From the NCBI RefSeq assembly GCF_006345805.1, contig NW_021835382.1, positions 1 through 40,745 of the forward strand: a DNA stretch of 40,745 bases, written 5' to 3'. The position numbers were made by a program, and so were the translations under genes. This stretch comes from Octopus sinensis. Taxonomy: Eukaryota. Position 1 is the stretch's first letter. The number at the start of each line of letters is the position of its first letter. This document shows positions 1-11,897 of this stretch, one piece after another. The notes under the pieces were generated by a model. That model was not told the origin of the DNA. It searched no databases and saw only the letters and a list, made by a program, of their open reading frames with translations.

Positions 1-1095
1 AAGAATCCAAAAATGATGCACACAGGAAACAATAAAAATGTATATGGTGTATCTGAAAATGATAGAGATAAGGCCATCTCTAAAATGATGATAGAGATAA
101 GGCCACCTCCTCTAAAAAGATGGTTCCCTCACAGGAAACCCAATAAGGATAGGTGAAACACTGAATGAAACAATCAAAAGTGTCTTCACCCCCACCCTTA
201 AGCACATGGCAAGTTAGCAACCTGTAGAATTCTTTACCACTACAGTTCACATCAACATCAAAGAAAAGAATGTGTGATACTGGCTATATATGACTCTGCT
301 GCTGGCCCCGATGAATTCCCAGCAAATCATGCAAAACAAGTCTTACAAAACCACTGCAGTTTCTTTTTCAGGGCTTGTAAGGGTAAGCCCCAGCAAACTG
401 AAAGAGATAATAATATCCTCTTTCATAAAGGAGGGAGAAAGCAGAGGAGACACTAAAAATTATAGGCCTAGCTCTCTGACCTAACACACCAGCAAAGTTA
501 TGGAACAAATAGTTCAAAGAGAAAACTAACTGCATTCCTTGAAGAGAATGACTTGTTGACTGGGCACCCAGCACAGTTTTCAATCAGATAGAAGCTGCTT
601 GCCACTGCTCTCACAGCACTATGACTGGGTGTGTGCTTACAGCAAGTGTTCAACAACTGCAGTGGCTGCTCAACAACTGCAGTAGCCGCTCACAAACTCA
701 AATTTGAACATGATATATCTCACTTGCAAAAGCCTTTGATAGGTCAACCATGGTATGATGTGTCACAAGCTGTGTAATCTCAGCATTGTCAGAAAGAAAA
801 CTTAGTGAGTGGCTACATGACTTTCTAAAAAGGGCACTCCAAAAAACACAGATGAGTAGTGTCTTGTAGGGCACTGTCTTGAGGTCACTGCTGTTCAGAG
901 TGGCCCTCTCAGGCATACCCTCACCTGCTCAGATAGCTAGTTATGAGATGATACAGAACCCTTGAGATGTTGCACACCTGAAATTGGAGTTGGATGCAAT
1001 ATATTGCAGGTGGGCTGAGGACAATAATATGTAGTTTAATGCTGGAAAATTCCAAGCCCTGTGCTACCAATACAAAGCTGAATGAAATGCAGGCA
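1..1095 (+). mobile_element. Decayed CR1-group LINE ORF2 fragment (pre-RT linker and RT), same family as 5191-8511
   Basis: Colinear with the copy at about 6600-7680. For example 290-315 DSAAGPDEFP vs DSATGPDGFP; NYRP at about 460; ccatggtatgatgtgtcacaagctg vs gatcatggaatgatatgtcacaaactg; ctggaaaattccaagcc vs ctggaaagtttcaagct. Many stops and indels, and small tandem duplications at about 57-110 and 650-690. Confidence 0.85.
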
Positions 1096-1149
1096 GGATA
1101 CACTGGCCAGGAGGGATTGCATTCGAATTGTCATTTTCACTTAATACAT

Positions 1150-1430
1150 TGAGCTGAGATATTACATCAAGTTTTGCCAAAAGTTTGGAGATACTCAAGC
1201 TCAAACCATCCACAAGATGTAGTTTTGGGCGATAATGCTATGGGAAAATCTCAGGTTAAAGGTGGTGCAACACTTGAAACATGGTCACACCTCAGGATGA
1301 GAGTGTGAAGCAGCCATCCACAGCCAAAATGCGGAGCCATTGGAAGTTTCAGTGAATAGTCATGGAGGACTGTCATGTAAACAATCCAGGAACTTCCAAA
1401 AGCAACAGTTATCATGGTATAAACAATTTT
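1150..1430 (+). mobile_element. mariner-type transposase N-terminal (HTH) remnant
   Basis: 1151 onward reads ELRYYIKFCQKFGDTQAQTIHK, matching the mariner N-terminal EQRxxIKFC motif; decayed downstream. Confidence 0.65.
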
Positions 1431-1439
1431 AAAGTTGAG

Positions 1440-2399
1440 GGAAAGATTAACAGAATAGAACACAAGACTCAAAGTAGTTCCAAGTGCAATCCAAAGTCTC
1501 TCACTGGCCCTCAAATGCTCTAATTGAAGCCAAACCCATCTACCACCATAGCAACTCTTGCAAAAAAAACACAATGTGTCCCTTTCCACAGTGTCAGAGC
1601 TGTGAACAGGAACCTTGGCATGACCAGCTATGTTTGATGACACCATCACCTCCTAACAACCAAGCTTCTGTCATTCATCAAGCATCAAGGTACAGGAAAA
1701 ACTCTTGTGTTTGTGGACAAGAAGTTCACTGTTGGACGCTGAGGTGAGGTGAATCACAGAAATTCTAGAGTGATTGCATACAACCCTTATGACATTCCCC
1801 CTGTGTTTGAGACTAAGAATTCTGCCTCTGTGATAGTATTTGGAAGTGTCATGAATCCACACTTCACTGAGTCTAGCTTAAAGATCACAAAGGAGTATCT
1901 GGACATCCCGAAGAACTCTCTGTTACTTTGGATGGAGCAGAAAGTTTGGGCTTGACAATGTGGTGTACTTATCCAGGATTCTGCACCATGCCATGGGTCA
2001 AAAGCAACACAGGCCTTTCTTGGTGAGAGGTGCCATTTTTTGTGAGGTCAGTATCTGGCCAGTAATAGCCCAGATGTTTGACCTTCTTGATTACTTTTTA
2101 TGGGACATACTTCAAACAAGAACCAATGCTTTATCACACTCAAGTGTCAACAGTTTGAAGATCTGCATTGTGGCGTGTGCATCTCACAAAATGAAAAAGC
2201 CAGGTTGCAGCAGCTGTAAAAAAAAATTTCGTTTGCATGTGGGAGGCGGTAATTGCCCGAAAGGGCGGCATATTGAGTGATAAATGTTTTTGCTGTAATG
2301 TTACATTTAAAATTATATCTGTCTGCACCATTATCTAAGTATTTATAACCAGTTTTATAATCATAAAATTTGTCTCAATTTATCTGCAGGACCCCTTGA
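1440..2399 (+). mobile_element. Tc1/mariner (maT, DD37D-like) transposase remnant with right-end TIR-like sequence
   Basis: Pieces in different frames: HNVSLSTV, LVFVDKKFTV, VNHRNSRVIAY, PVFETKNSASVIVFG, QDSAPCHGSK (about 1975-2000), WP-SPD-LDYFLW (about 2055-2103). Ends atctgcaggacccct next to the microsatellite. Confidence 0.75.
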
Positions 2400-2451
2400 A
2401 TAAAGACAGAGATTTCAAGGAATAATATAATAACAGGCTTTTTTAATAAAT

Positions 2452-3186
2452 AGATATATATACATACATACAGATATATTACATACATACTATATATATA
2501 CATACTACATATATAATATATACATACATACATATATATTATACATACATACATATATATATACATCCATACAATATATATATTATTATATACATACATA
2601 CATATATACATATTACATACAACATATATATATACATACATACATATATATATATATATACATACAATACATACATTATATATATACATACATACATACA
2701 TATATCATACATATATATATATATATATATACATACATACAATACATATATATACATACATACATATATATATATGATATATATATTATACATAAATACA
2801 TACAATTATAGATACATACATACATATACATATACATACACATATACATACATCCAGATATATATATCATACATAACATAATATATATACATACATACAC
2901 ATATATATATATATACATACATACATAGATATTAATACTAAATACATATATATATACATACAATATAGAATACATACATATATATATACATTATACATAT
3001 ACATACATATACATACATATATATTATATATACATAAATATATATAATAGATACATACAATATATATATACATATATTACACATATACATACATATATAT
3101 ATATACATAATTATACATACATACATATATAATTATATACATATATATATAATATACATACATATATATATATATTACATATATAC

Positions 3187-3218
<32 letters not shown>

Positions 3219-3956
3219 AACATACATACATATATACATATACATACATATATATATACATACATACATATATATATATATATACATATATACATATATA
3301 CATACATACATATATATATATATACATACACATACATATACATACATACACATATATATATATACATATATATATATACACATACATACACATATACATA
3401 CATATACATATATACATATATACATACATACATATATATACATATAGATACATATAATATATATATACATACATACATATATATAAATACATATACATAT
3501 ATATATACATATATACATATATATATATATATACATATAATATATATATACATACATACATATATATATATATACATATAATATATATATACATACCTAC
3601 ATATATATATATATATATACATATAATATATATATACATACCTACATATATATACATATATATACACACATATATACATATAACATATATATACATACAT
3701 ACATATATATACATATAATATATATATACATATAATATACATATACATACATACATAATAATATATATATATACATACAATATATATATACATACCTACA
3801 TATATATATATATTATACATATATATATACTATATATATATATAATACATACATATATATACATATAATATATATATACATACATAACATATATATAATA
3901 TACATATATATAATATACATACACATATATATAATATATATACATATAATATATAT

Positions 3957-4009
<53 letters not shown>

Positions 4010-4527
4010 CATACATAACATATAATATATATACATATATATATACATATAATATATATATACATACATACATATATATACTACATACATATATATATAT
4101 ATACATATAATATATATATACATTATATATATATATATATTACATATACATATATATATATATATATATATATTACATATATATATACATATATATATAT
4201 ACATAACATACATACATATATATATACATACATACATAATATATATATACATACATACCATATATATATATACATACATACATACATACATAATATATAC
4301 ATACATAATATTATATATATATACATAATATAACATATTATATATAAAATACATACATACTATATATATACATACATACATACATATATATATACATACA
4401 TATATATATATATATATACATATATATATACACATATATACATATACATACATACATACATACACATATACATACATATACATATAACATATTATATATA
4501 TATAATACATATATATATATATCATAC

Positions 4528-4562
<35 letters not shown>

Positions 4563-4757
4563 CACTATACATATACATACATAAAATACATATATATATA
4601 TTAATATAATATATACATATATTATATATATATATATATAGCTACAATTAATATATACATATATACATATACATTACATATATACATATATATAACATAT
4701 ATATTATAATATAACATATATATACATATATATATATATATATACATATATATATAC

Positions 4758-4838
<81 letters not shown>

Positions 4839-4876
4839 CATATATAATATATATACATATATATATATATATTAAC

Positions 4877-4912
<36 letters not shown>

Positions 4913-5065
4913 CATATATAATATATACATATATATATATAAATATATATATAATATACATATATATATATATTATATATCTATATATACATATATATAT
5001 AACATATATATATTATCATATATATATATATATATACATATATATTATATATATAGATATATACA

Positions 5066-5101
<36 letters not shown>

Positions 5102-5190
5102 CATACATATTTTAACACATATATATATATATAATATATATTACATATATATACATATATATATACACATACATATATAATATACATACA
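2452..5190. repeat. About 2.7 kb compound (TA)n/(TACA)n microsatellite
   Basis: Continuous alternating purine-pyrimidine TA/CA tract; source of all the I/Y/M/C/V ORFs in this interval. Confidence 0.98.
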
Positions 5191-5438
5191 CGAGCAGATG
5201 GACAAACCATCAACACAAAGAAAAGGATGGACACGCACCACCTGCCCCAAAGGGAGGTACGCAGATGTTGTGCGCGCCCAAACAGCCAACATGATGTTGT
5301 CGAAAGAGCAGCTGCTGAGCAACAATCTTTTTGTGCATGGCACAAAAGATTGTACAGCAGCTGACCTGGCTTCATCAAACCCAAGCCCGCAGGTGGGACC
5401 CCACTATATACCAGACCACCACAGCAAACAGACACAGG

Positions 5439-6515
5439 ATGGACACCGCCGGCAACAACGTACACCTCACCTCGATACTCCTACTGAACATCAGAGGACT
5501 GCAAACACTCAGTAACAGGACAAAGATCCCGTTCCTGAGAGACTTTGTTGCATGCAATCAAGCCTTATGCATAGCACTTACAGAAACGCACCTGAAACCG
5601 GACATAGCAGATGCGGAGTACACATACCACAGTATGCTGTACTACGGACCGACAGGAAAGAAAGGAGTCATAGAGGGTGTTGCTATGTACATCCGTGAGG
5701 ACCTCACACCCCAGGTCCTCTTGTCATACTCAAACTCGGTGTGTGACACACTAATTGTACATATCAGGCAACTTGATGTAGTTGTGTGTGCTACATATCG
5801 CCCTCCAGATGCCCCAAGCCATGTGGGCAAGTTTGAAGACTGCCTTATAAAAATAGAAGAAATTCTAAACACATTAGAACAACACATAGGTGTGCTTCTT
5901 ATGGGAGACTTCAATCTGCCCAATGTCAGATGGCCCGAGGGCCTTTCTCTCCCAGGAATGACAAGATGTGAACGAGGACAGGCGAGGTCCCTCCTGAACC
6001 TCATCAACACCCTGTACATGGAGCAGGTAATACTCCAACCAACCAGGGCAGGAAACACACTGGATCTCTGCTTCACAAATGACATGGATCTCATCCATAA
6101 TGTGAAAGTGACACCGACACTACTCTCGGATCACAACATGATAGAGCTGACCATGTACGGGCCAAAAGAGAGCACGGACATGCAGCCTACAAGAAACCCT
6201 CAAAATCTTTCCAGCTTGAACTACCATAAGGCAAACTGGAAACAAATTGAGAAAGAGATCCTCAAACAAAACTGGCCTAAATGTCTCTCCTCGCCAGACA
6301 TCGACGTGAAACTTCAACAATTCATGTCTGTAATGCAAGCCATATGCTACAAATGTGTCCCAGAGAGAAAGGCCACTGTACACAAGAACAAAATCCCCAG
6401 AGAGAGGAAAATTTTAATGAGACGGCGTACCAAATTTTCAAATCGCCTAAACAAACTGATTGAAAGCAGTGAAAAGTCCCGCCTAAAAATAAAACTGTCT
6501 GCAACTCTCCCATGA
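5439..6515 (+). pseudogene. LINE ORF2 apurinic-like endonuclease (APE) domain
   Basis: LLNIRGL, IALTETHL, ATYRPP, LMGDFNLP, NTLDLCFT, SDHNMI are the canonical APE motifs. In-frame ATG at 5439. A frameshift at about 6497 causes the stop at 6515. Confidence 0.92.
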
Positions 6516-6839
6516 AAAAGAAAGAGCAGACAGAGAAGCCTGGGCTATAGAAAACATAAAATCTAACCCCAGAGCTTTCTACAGGTATGCCAAAGAAACA
6601 GCTACAGTGCACTGTAGAATTGGGCCACTCCTCGAAAAGGATGGCACACTTACAGGAAAACCAATGAGGGTAAGTGAAATACTGAATGAGCAATTCAAGA
6701 GTGTTTTCACTCCACCCCTTGGGCATCTCCAAATCACCAATCCAACTGACTTTTTAACACTGCAGATATAAAATCAGAGGCGGCGACGATAGATTACATC
6801 GATATAAAGGAAGAAGATGTAACCAAGGCTATAGATGAA

Positions 6840-7748
6840 ATGAAAACAGACTCAGCTACTGGCCCCGATGGATTCCCGGCAATCCTCCTAAAAGCATGTA
6901 AGAGAGTCCTAGCAAGACCACTGCAGTTCCTCTTTCAGAGCTTCCTTGCAGCTGGCAAACTTCCAGGAAAACTGAAGGAAGGTAAAATATGCCCCATTCA
7001 TAAAGGAGGTAGCAGAGCGGAAGCCAAGAACTATAGACCTATCTCTCTGACCTCACACATCAGCAAGGTCATGGAACGAATAGTCAGAAGGAAGCTGATC
7101 ACCTTCCTTGAAGAGAATGACTTGCTGCCCGACACCCAACATGGTTTCCGACCAGGGAGAAGCTGTTTAACTCAGCTCCTACAACACTATGACTGGGTGC
7201 TGAAACGGCTGCTCAACCACTCAAATGTGGAAGTGATATATCTCGACTTTGCAAAGGCCTTTGATAAAGTCGATCATGGAATGATATGTCACAAACTGCG
7301 TGATCTCAACATAGTTGGAAAACTGGGAGAATGGCTTCATGACTTTCTGAAGGATAGAAGTCAGGTGGTAGTAGCCAATGGGGCCACCTCCATTAACACA
7401 CAAATAGTGAGCGGTGTTCCGCAGGGCACTGTTCTGGGACCACTACTGTTCATAATGGCCCTCTCAGACATGCCCTCAGCCACGCAGAGAGCCACGATCA
7501 CAAGTTATGCAGATGATACAAAAGTTTCACAGGCAATACAGAACCCTGAGGACACTAAACACCTGCAATGTGAGCTGGACGAAATATACAAGTGGGCTGA
7601 AAAGAATAGCATGCAGTTCAATGCTGGAAAGTTTCAAGCTTTATACTATCAGCATGCAAAACTGAATGCAATACCCAATGAATACACTGGACCCGAGGGA
7701 TTGCAATCCCAGAGGCACAATCAGTGCGTGACCTGGGTATTCACATGA
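6840..7748 (+). pseudogene. LINE ORF2 reverse transcriptase core
   Basis: GPDG, NYRPISLTS, QHGFRPGRSC, YLDFAKAFDKVDH, SGVPQGTVLGPLLF, YADD. The frame is lost at about 7697. Confidence 0.95.
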
Positions 7749-8511
7749 GTGATGACGCGACCTTTCATGTACATGTTGCTAAACTGACACTGAAATGTAG
7801 ACGGCTGGCTGGATGGATTCTTAGAACCTTTAGAACAAGAGAACCAGAAAACCATGATGGTCCTCTGGAAGACACTTGTCCTAAGCCACTTTGACTATTG
7901 CTCTCAGCTATGGTCACCATCAGTGTCAAGTTGATCACAGAACTTGAGGCGACCCAACGAAGCTACACAAAGAAGATAGCCTCTATGCAGAATGTAAGCT
8001 ACTGGGAAAGACTCAAGAGATTAAAATTATATTCCCTGGAGCGTAGGCGGGAAAGATATGCCATAATATACATCTGGAAGATCCTGGAGGGAAGTGTCCT
8101 GAACTTTGGCATCGAGAGTTACGCAAATGCAGCAGAACTGGGCGCCACTGCGTGGTGCCTAGGACTCCAAACCTGCCATCAAGATGTAGGACAAGATTCT
8201 GTGATAGCCTGGGCTTCCGAGGCCCACAGCTCTTCAATATCCTCCCGAAGAACCTGAGAGACCTGCATGGGGGTGGATACAGATGTCTTTAAAATGAAGC
8301 TGGATCTCTTCCTGTCAGGTGTCCCAGATGAACCAACTTCACGGCAGGAGGGGCAGATGAGGGCAGCTGCATCGAACTCTCTGCATGCACCAAATAGCAG
8401 TTGCTAGAAAGCCTCCATGAAGTGAAACCAAGTAGCAACACCAAATGGCGGTGCCCCAGCATGGCCACAGCTCATAAGCTGAAACTAGAATCAAATCAAT
8501 CATCAATCAAT

Positions 8512-8608
8512 CATATATATATATATACATATATATATATTATTAATATACATATATATACATATTACATACATATACATATATATATATATATATACAT
8601 ATATATAC

Positions 8609-8645
<37 letters not shown>

Positions 8646-8750
8646 ATACATACATATATTACATATATATATATATATTATTATATACATAACATATACA
8701 TATATTAATATATATATATACATACATAGACATATAGATATATATATTAT
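8512..8750. repeat. (TA)n/(TACA)n microsatellite at the LINE 3' end
   Basis: Direct reading. Confidence 0.95.
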
Positions 8751-8752
8751 AT

Positions 8753-9050
8753 GAGTGTTTATTGAGTGAAAACACCTAAAGCTCCATGAAACTCCAGCAG
8801 AGGATGGTGGCGAACCCTGGTGTAGTCTTTTGCCACAACTTTCCTGCACTCTTCTTCCCGTTTCTGTTGTACTTGTATATCAAAGAGCCAGCCTTGTCAC
8901 AGTTTGTGTCATGCTGAATCTCCTTGAGAATTATGTTAAGGGTACACATATCTGTGGAGTGCTCAGCCACTTACACATTAACTTCACGAGCAGGCTGTTC
9001 CTTTGATTGGATCAACTGGAACCCTCGTTGCCATAACCGACAAAGTGCTA
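8753..9050 (+). mobile_element. 5'-truncated SINE body sharing its central domain with the tRNA-headed SINE at 37917
   Basis: gtgtttattgagtgaaaacacctaaagctcca...ggtggcgaaccctg matches about 37999-38065. The 3' half differs. Confidence 0.7.
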
Positions 9051-9103
9051 TGACATATATATATATATATATGTATGTCTGTATGTATGTATGTATGTAT
9101 GTA

Positions 9104-9470
9104 CCGTTTAAATGTTTTGAACTTATAACCACCAATCTGCTTTGCTTTCCTTTTCTTTCTCTATGCCACCCTAAAAACATCGCCATTCCCGCCCGTTTCT
9201 CTAAAGAACCTTCAATCCTTTAATTCGATCTCCACCATTCACTATCATTTCTTCTCCGACTTACAGCGATGTCCATAAGCAAGCTAAGAAGATTTTCTCC
9301 CTTCTTTTTCATACATACATACATTTGTCTACTGTTTAAATGTCTTGAACTTATAACCACCAATCTGCTTTGCTTTCCTTTTCTTTCTCTATGCCACCCT
9401 AAAAACATCGCCATTTCCGCCCGTTTCTCTAAAGAACCTTCAATCCTTTAATTCGATCTTCACCATTCGC
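9104..9470. repeat. Local near-identical tandem duplication (about 125 bp block at 9105-9230 and 9334-9460) plus a smaller duplication at 9475-9556
   Basis: tttaaatg...aaccaccaatctgctttgctttcc...aagaaccttcaatcctttaattcgatct occurs twice; ctcccgccctttcccacccc...accaataccggtgaaca occurs twice. Confidence 0.9.
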
Positions 9471-10195
9471 GGTGCTCCCGCCCTTTCCCACCCCCGTCAC
9501 CAATACCGGTGAACAGTTCTCCCGCCCTTTCCCACCCCCACCACCAATACCGGTGAACACTGTTCTCACCGGATACGCCCTCCCTCACCACCATTATGTG
9601 TGTCTCTCCCTCCTACCCCTCCTCCTCACATGCTTTCACTGTGTGTTACCCCCCCACCAAGACAAGCAGCTAGCGCCGCAGCTCATCAACCCCCCCCCCC
9701 CACCTATCCTACGTTTCCTCCTGTTTTTGAATCTGTCACTGCCTCAACCGGCTATCTCCTTCCAGTCCCCTCCCCCACTCGTGAAGTCCTACGTTTTATT
9801 CTACGAACCTGCATCAACCCTAGCTTGTCATCGTTCCTCACCCCCAACCTCCCCACTGGTGCTTCCCTATATTACCTGCACCCCCAAAAAAAGCACCATC
9901 CGAAACGTGACCGATGCCAGCGCCGCCTTGGCTGGCTTCCGTGCCACTGGCACGTTTAAAAGCTCGAACCGATCGTGATCGATGCCAGACCCACCCTGGC
10001 ACCTGTGCAGGTGGCACGTAAAAAGCCCCCACTCCACTCGCGGAGTGGTTTGGCGTTTAGGAAGGGCATCCAGCCATAGAAACTCTGCCAGATCAGACTG
10101 GAGCCTGGAGCAGCCCCTGACTTCCCAGCCCCGGTCAACCGTCCAACCGTGCTAGCGCGGAGGAAAACGGACGTTAAAGATGATGATGATGTATG
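9262..10195 (+). mobile_element. About 0.95 kb composite retroposon, copy 1: C-rich body plus (GAT)n-tailed RTE-type 3' end
   Basis: Colinear with 10228-11210. Ends ccgtccaaccgtgctagcgcgg...ggacgttaaagatgatgatgat, a tail found several times in the window. Confidence 0.7.
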
Positions 10196-10227
10196 ATGAT
10201 AATATATATGTACCCTTTCTTGACCAC

Positions 10228-11210
10228 ACAGCGATGATCATAGCAAGCAAGCTAAGAATTCTCATTCATTTCTTCCGACTCTTGTACTACACACATACAT
10301 TTGCCGTTAACCCTTAAATGTTCGAAAATTATTCACTAATTCTGCTTGTTCTTAAAATATAACCCTTTAATTTTGTTTAACCCCTCGGTACCAAGTTATT
10401 TGTTCGTTACTCTGTTCACTTCTTCAAACCCCGATTGTTTTAAGTCTACTGTCCCAATCAAATCTTCGCAGCCCGCCATTCGTTCGCGGTTCGTCCACCC
10501 TCCCACCCCCACCACCCATACCGGAGAACACTCTGTTTACACCATCCTCACCGATTATCCCCTCTACCACCGCCACCACTACGTGTGTCTGTTCCTCCTA
10601 CCCCTCCTCCTCAATATACTTTTCACTATGTATTTTACCCTGCCTCTCTCCCCCTGGCAGAAGCAGCTAGCGCTGCAGCTCATCAAACGTCCCACTTAAC
10701 CTGTTATCTTAGGTTCCTCCTGTTTTGAAATGTGTCACTGCCTCAACCGGCTATCTCCTTCCAGCCCCCCCCCCACTCGTGATATCCTACGTTTTACTTC
10801 CTACTTTTCATTCTGTCTAGAACTGCCACCAACCCTACCTGTCATCGTTTCTCTTTACCCCCAAACCTTCCCCACTGGTGCTCCCCTATATTACATGCAC
10901 CCTCCCCCACTCTCTCTCCCCTCTCTCCTCTCTGCCGGAACCCTCCCTCCTGCCGCAATGCAACGAAAAAGGCAATAAAACCGATCGTGGCCGATGCCAG
11001 ACCCCTCTGGCACCTGTGCAGGTGGCACGTAAAAAGCACCCACTACACTGCGGAGTGGTTGCGTTGGTTAGGAAAGGATCCAGCTGTAGAAACACTGCCA
11101 GATCAGACTGGAGCCGGGGCAGTCCTGCTCCCCAGCCCCGGTTCAAACCGTCCAACCTGTGCTAGCGCGGAAAAAAACGGACGTTAAACGATGGATGATG
11201 ATGATGATAT
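10228..11210 (+). mobile_element. About 0.95 kb composite retroposon, copy 2
   Basis: Shares its start acagcgatg..cat..gcaagctaagaa, its body (cagctagcgc.gcagctcatcaa; gtcactgcctcaaccggctatctccttccag) and its (GAT)n tail with copy 1. Confidence 0.7.
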
Positions 11211-11216
11211 ATATAT

Positions 11217-11252
<36 letters not shown>

Positions 11253-11531
11253 CATACATACATATATATATATATATACATATATATATACATATATATA
11301 TATATACATATATATTATATATATATATATACATATATATATACATATAATATATTACATATATACATGTATATATATAAATATATACATGTATATATAT
11401 AAATAATACATGTATATATATAAATATATAATGTATAGTATATATATATATATATATATATAAATATATATATACATGTAATATATATATAAAATATACA
11501 TGTATATATATAATATATATATATAAAATAT

Positions 11532-11563
<32 letters not shown>

Positions 11564-11603
11564 AAATATATACATGTATATATAATATTATATATATATA
11601 TAA

Positions 11604-11683
<80 letters not shown>

Positions 11684-11698
11684 AATATATATATATAC

Positions 11699-11746
<48 letters not shown>

Positions 11747-11782
11747 TATATAAATATATATATATACATGTATATATATATA
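11206..11782. repeat. (TA)n tract punctuated by TAAA and CATG
   Basis: Recurrent unit tatatatataaatatatatacatg. Confidence 0.95.
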
Positions 11783-11823
11783 GACGCACATGTTGTCTAT
11801 CGAGTTGCGCTTCATAATACAGG

Positions 11824-11897
11824 ATCTTACTGAAGAGCCTACCTGAGTAAATAAATATTATTTTTATTGCTAAAAAGGCGAAACTGCAGTCTAAGAT
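11824..11897 (+). ncRNA. Type I hammerhead ribozyme, complete canonical core (HH-1)
   Basis: Stem I ATCTTA(11824-29)/TAAGAT(11892-97); CTGAAGA 11830-36; stem II GCCT(11837-40)/AGGC(11876-79); GAAA 11880-83; stem III C-TGCA-G; GTC cleavage triplet 11889-91. Confidence 0.85.

Larger units (their letters stand above)
5191..8511 (+). mobile_element. Near-complete CR1-group LINE: probable ORF1 tail, ORF2 (APE plus RT, frameshifted), 3' UTR and (AATC)n tail
   Basis: APE and RT motifs (see sub-features). The C-terminal domain is readable across frameshifts: VRDLGIHMS, HFDYCSQLWSP, LYSLERRRERY, FKMKLDLFLSGVPDEP. The 3' end aatcaaatcaatcatcaatcaatc is at about 8489-8511. Flanked on both sides by TA microsatellite. 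Confidence 0.93.

Noticed and set aside
2375-5343. Dozens of long ORFs rich in I, Y, M, C, V (also 11143-13394 and similar)
   Set aside because: Translations of TA/CA microsatellite, which lacks stop codons in some frames; not genes.
9897-9965. HDV-like or twister ribozyme in the GC-rich hairpin unit
   Set aside because: I could not thread the nested pseudoknot or conserved catalytic residues of either class.
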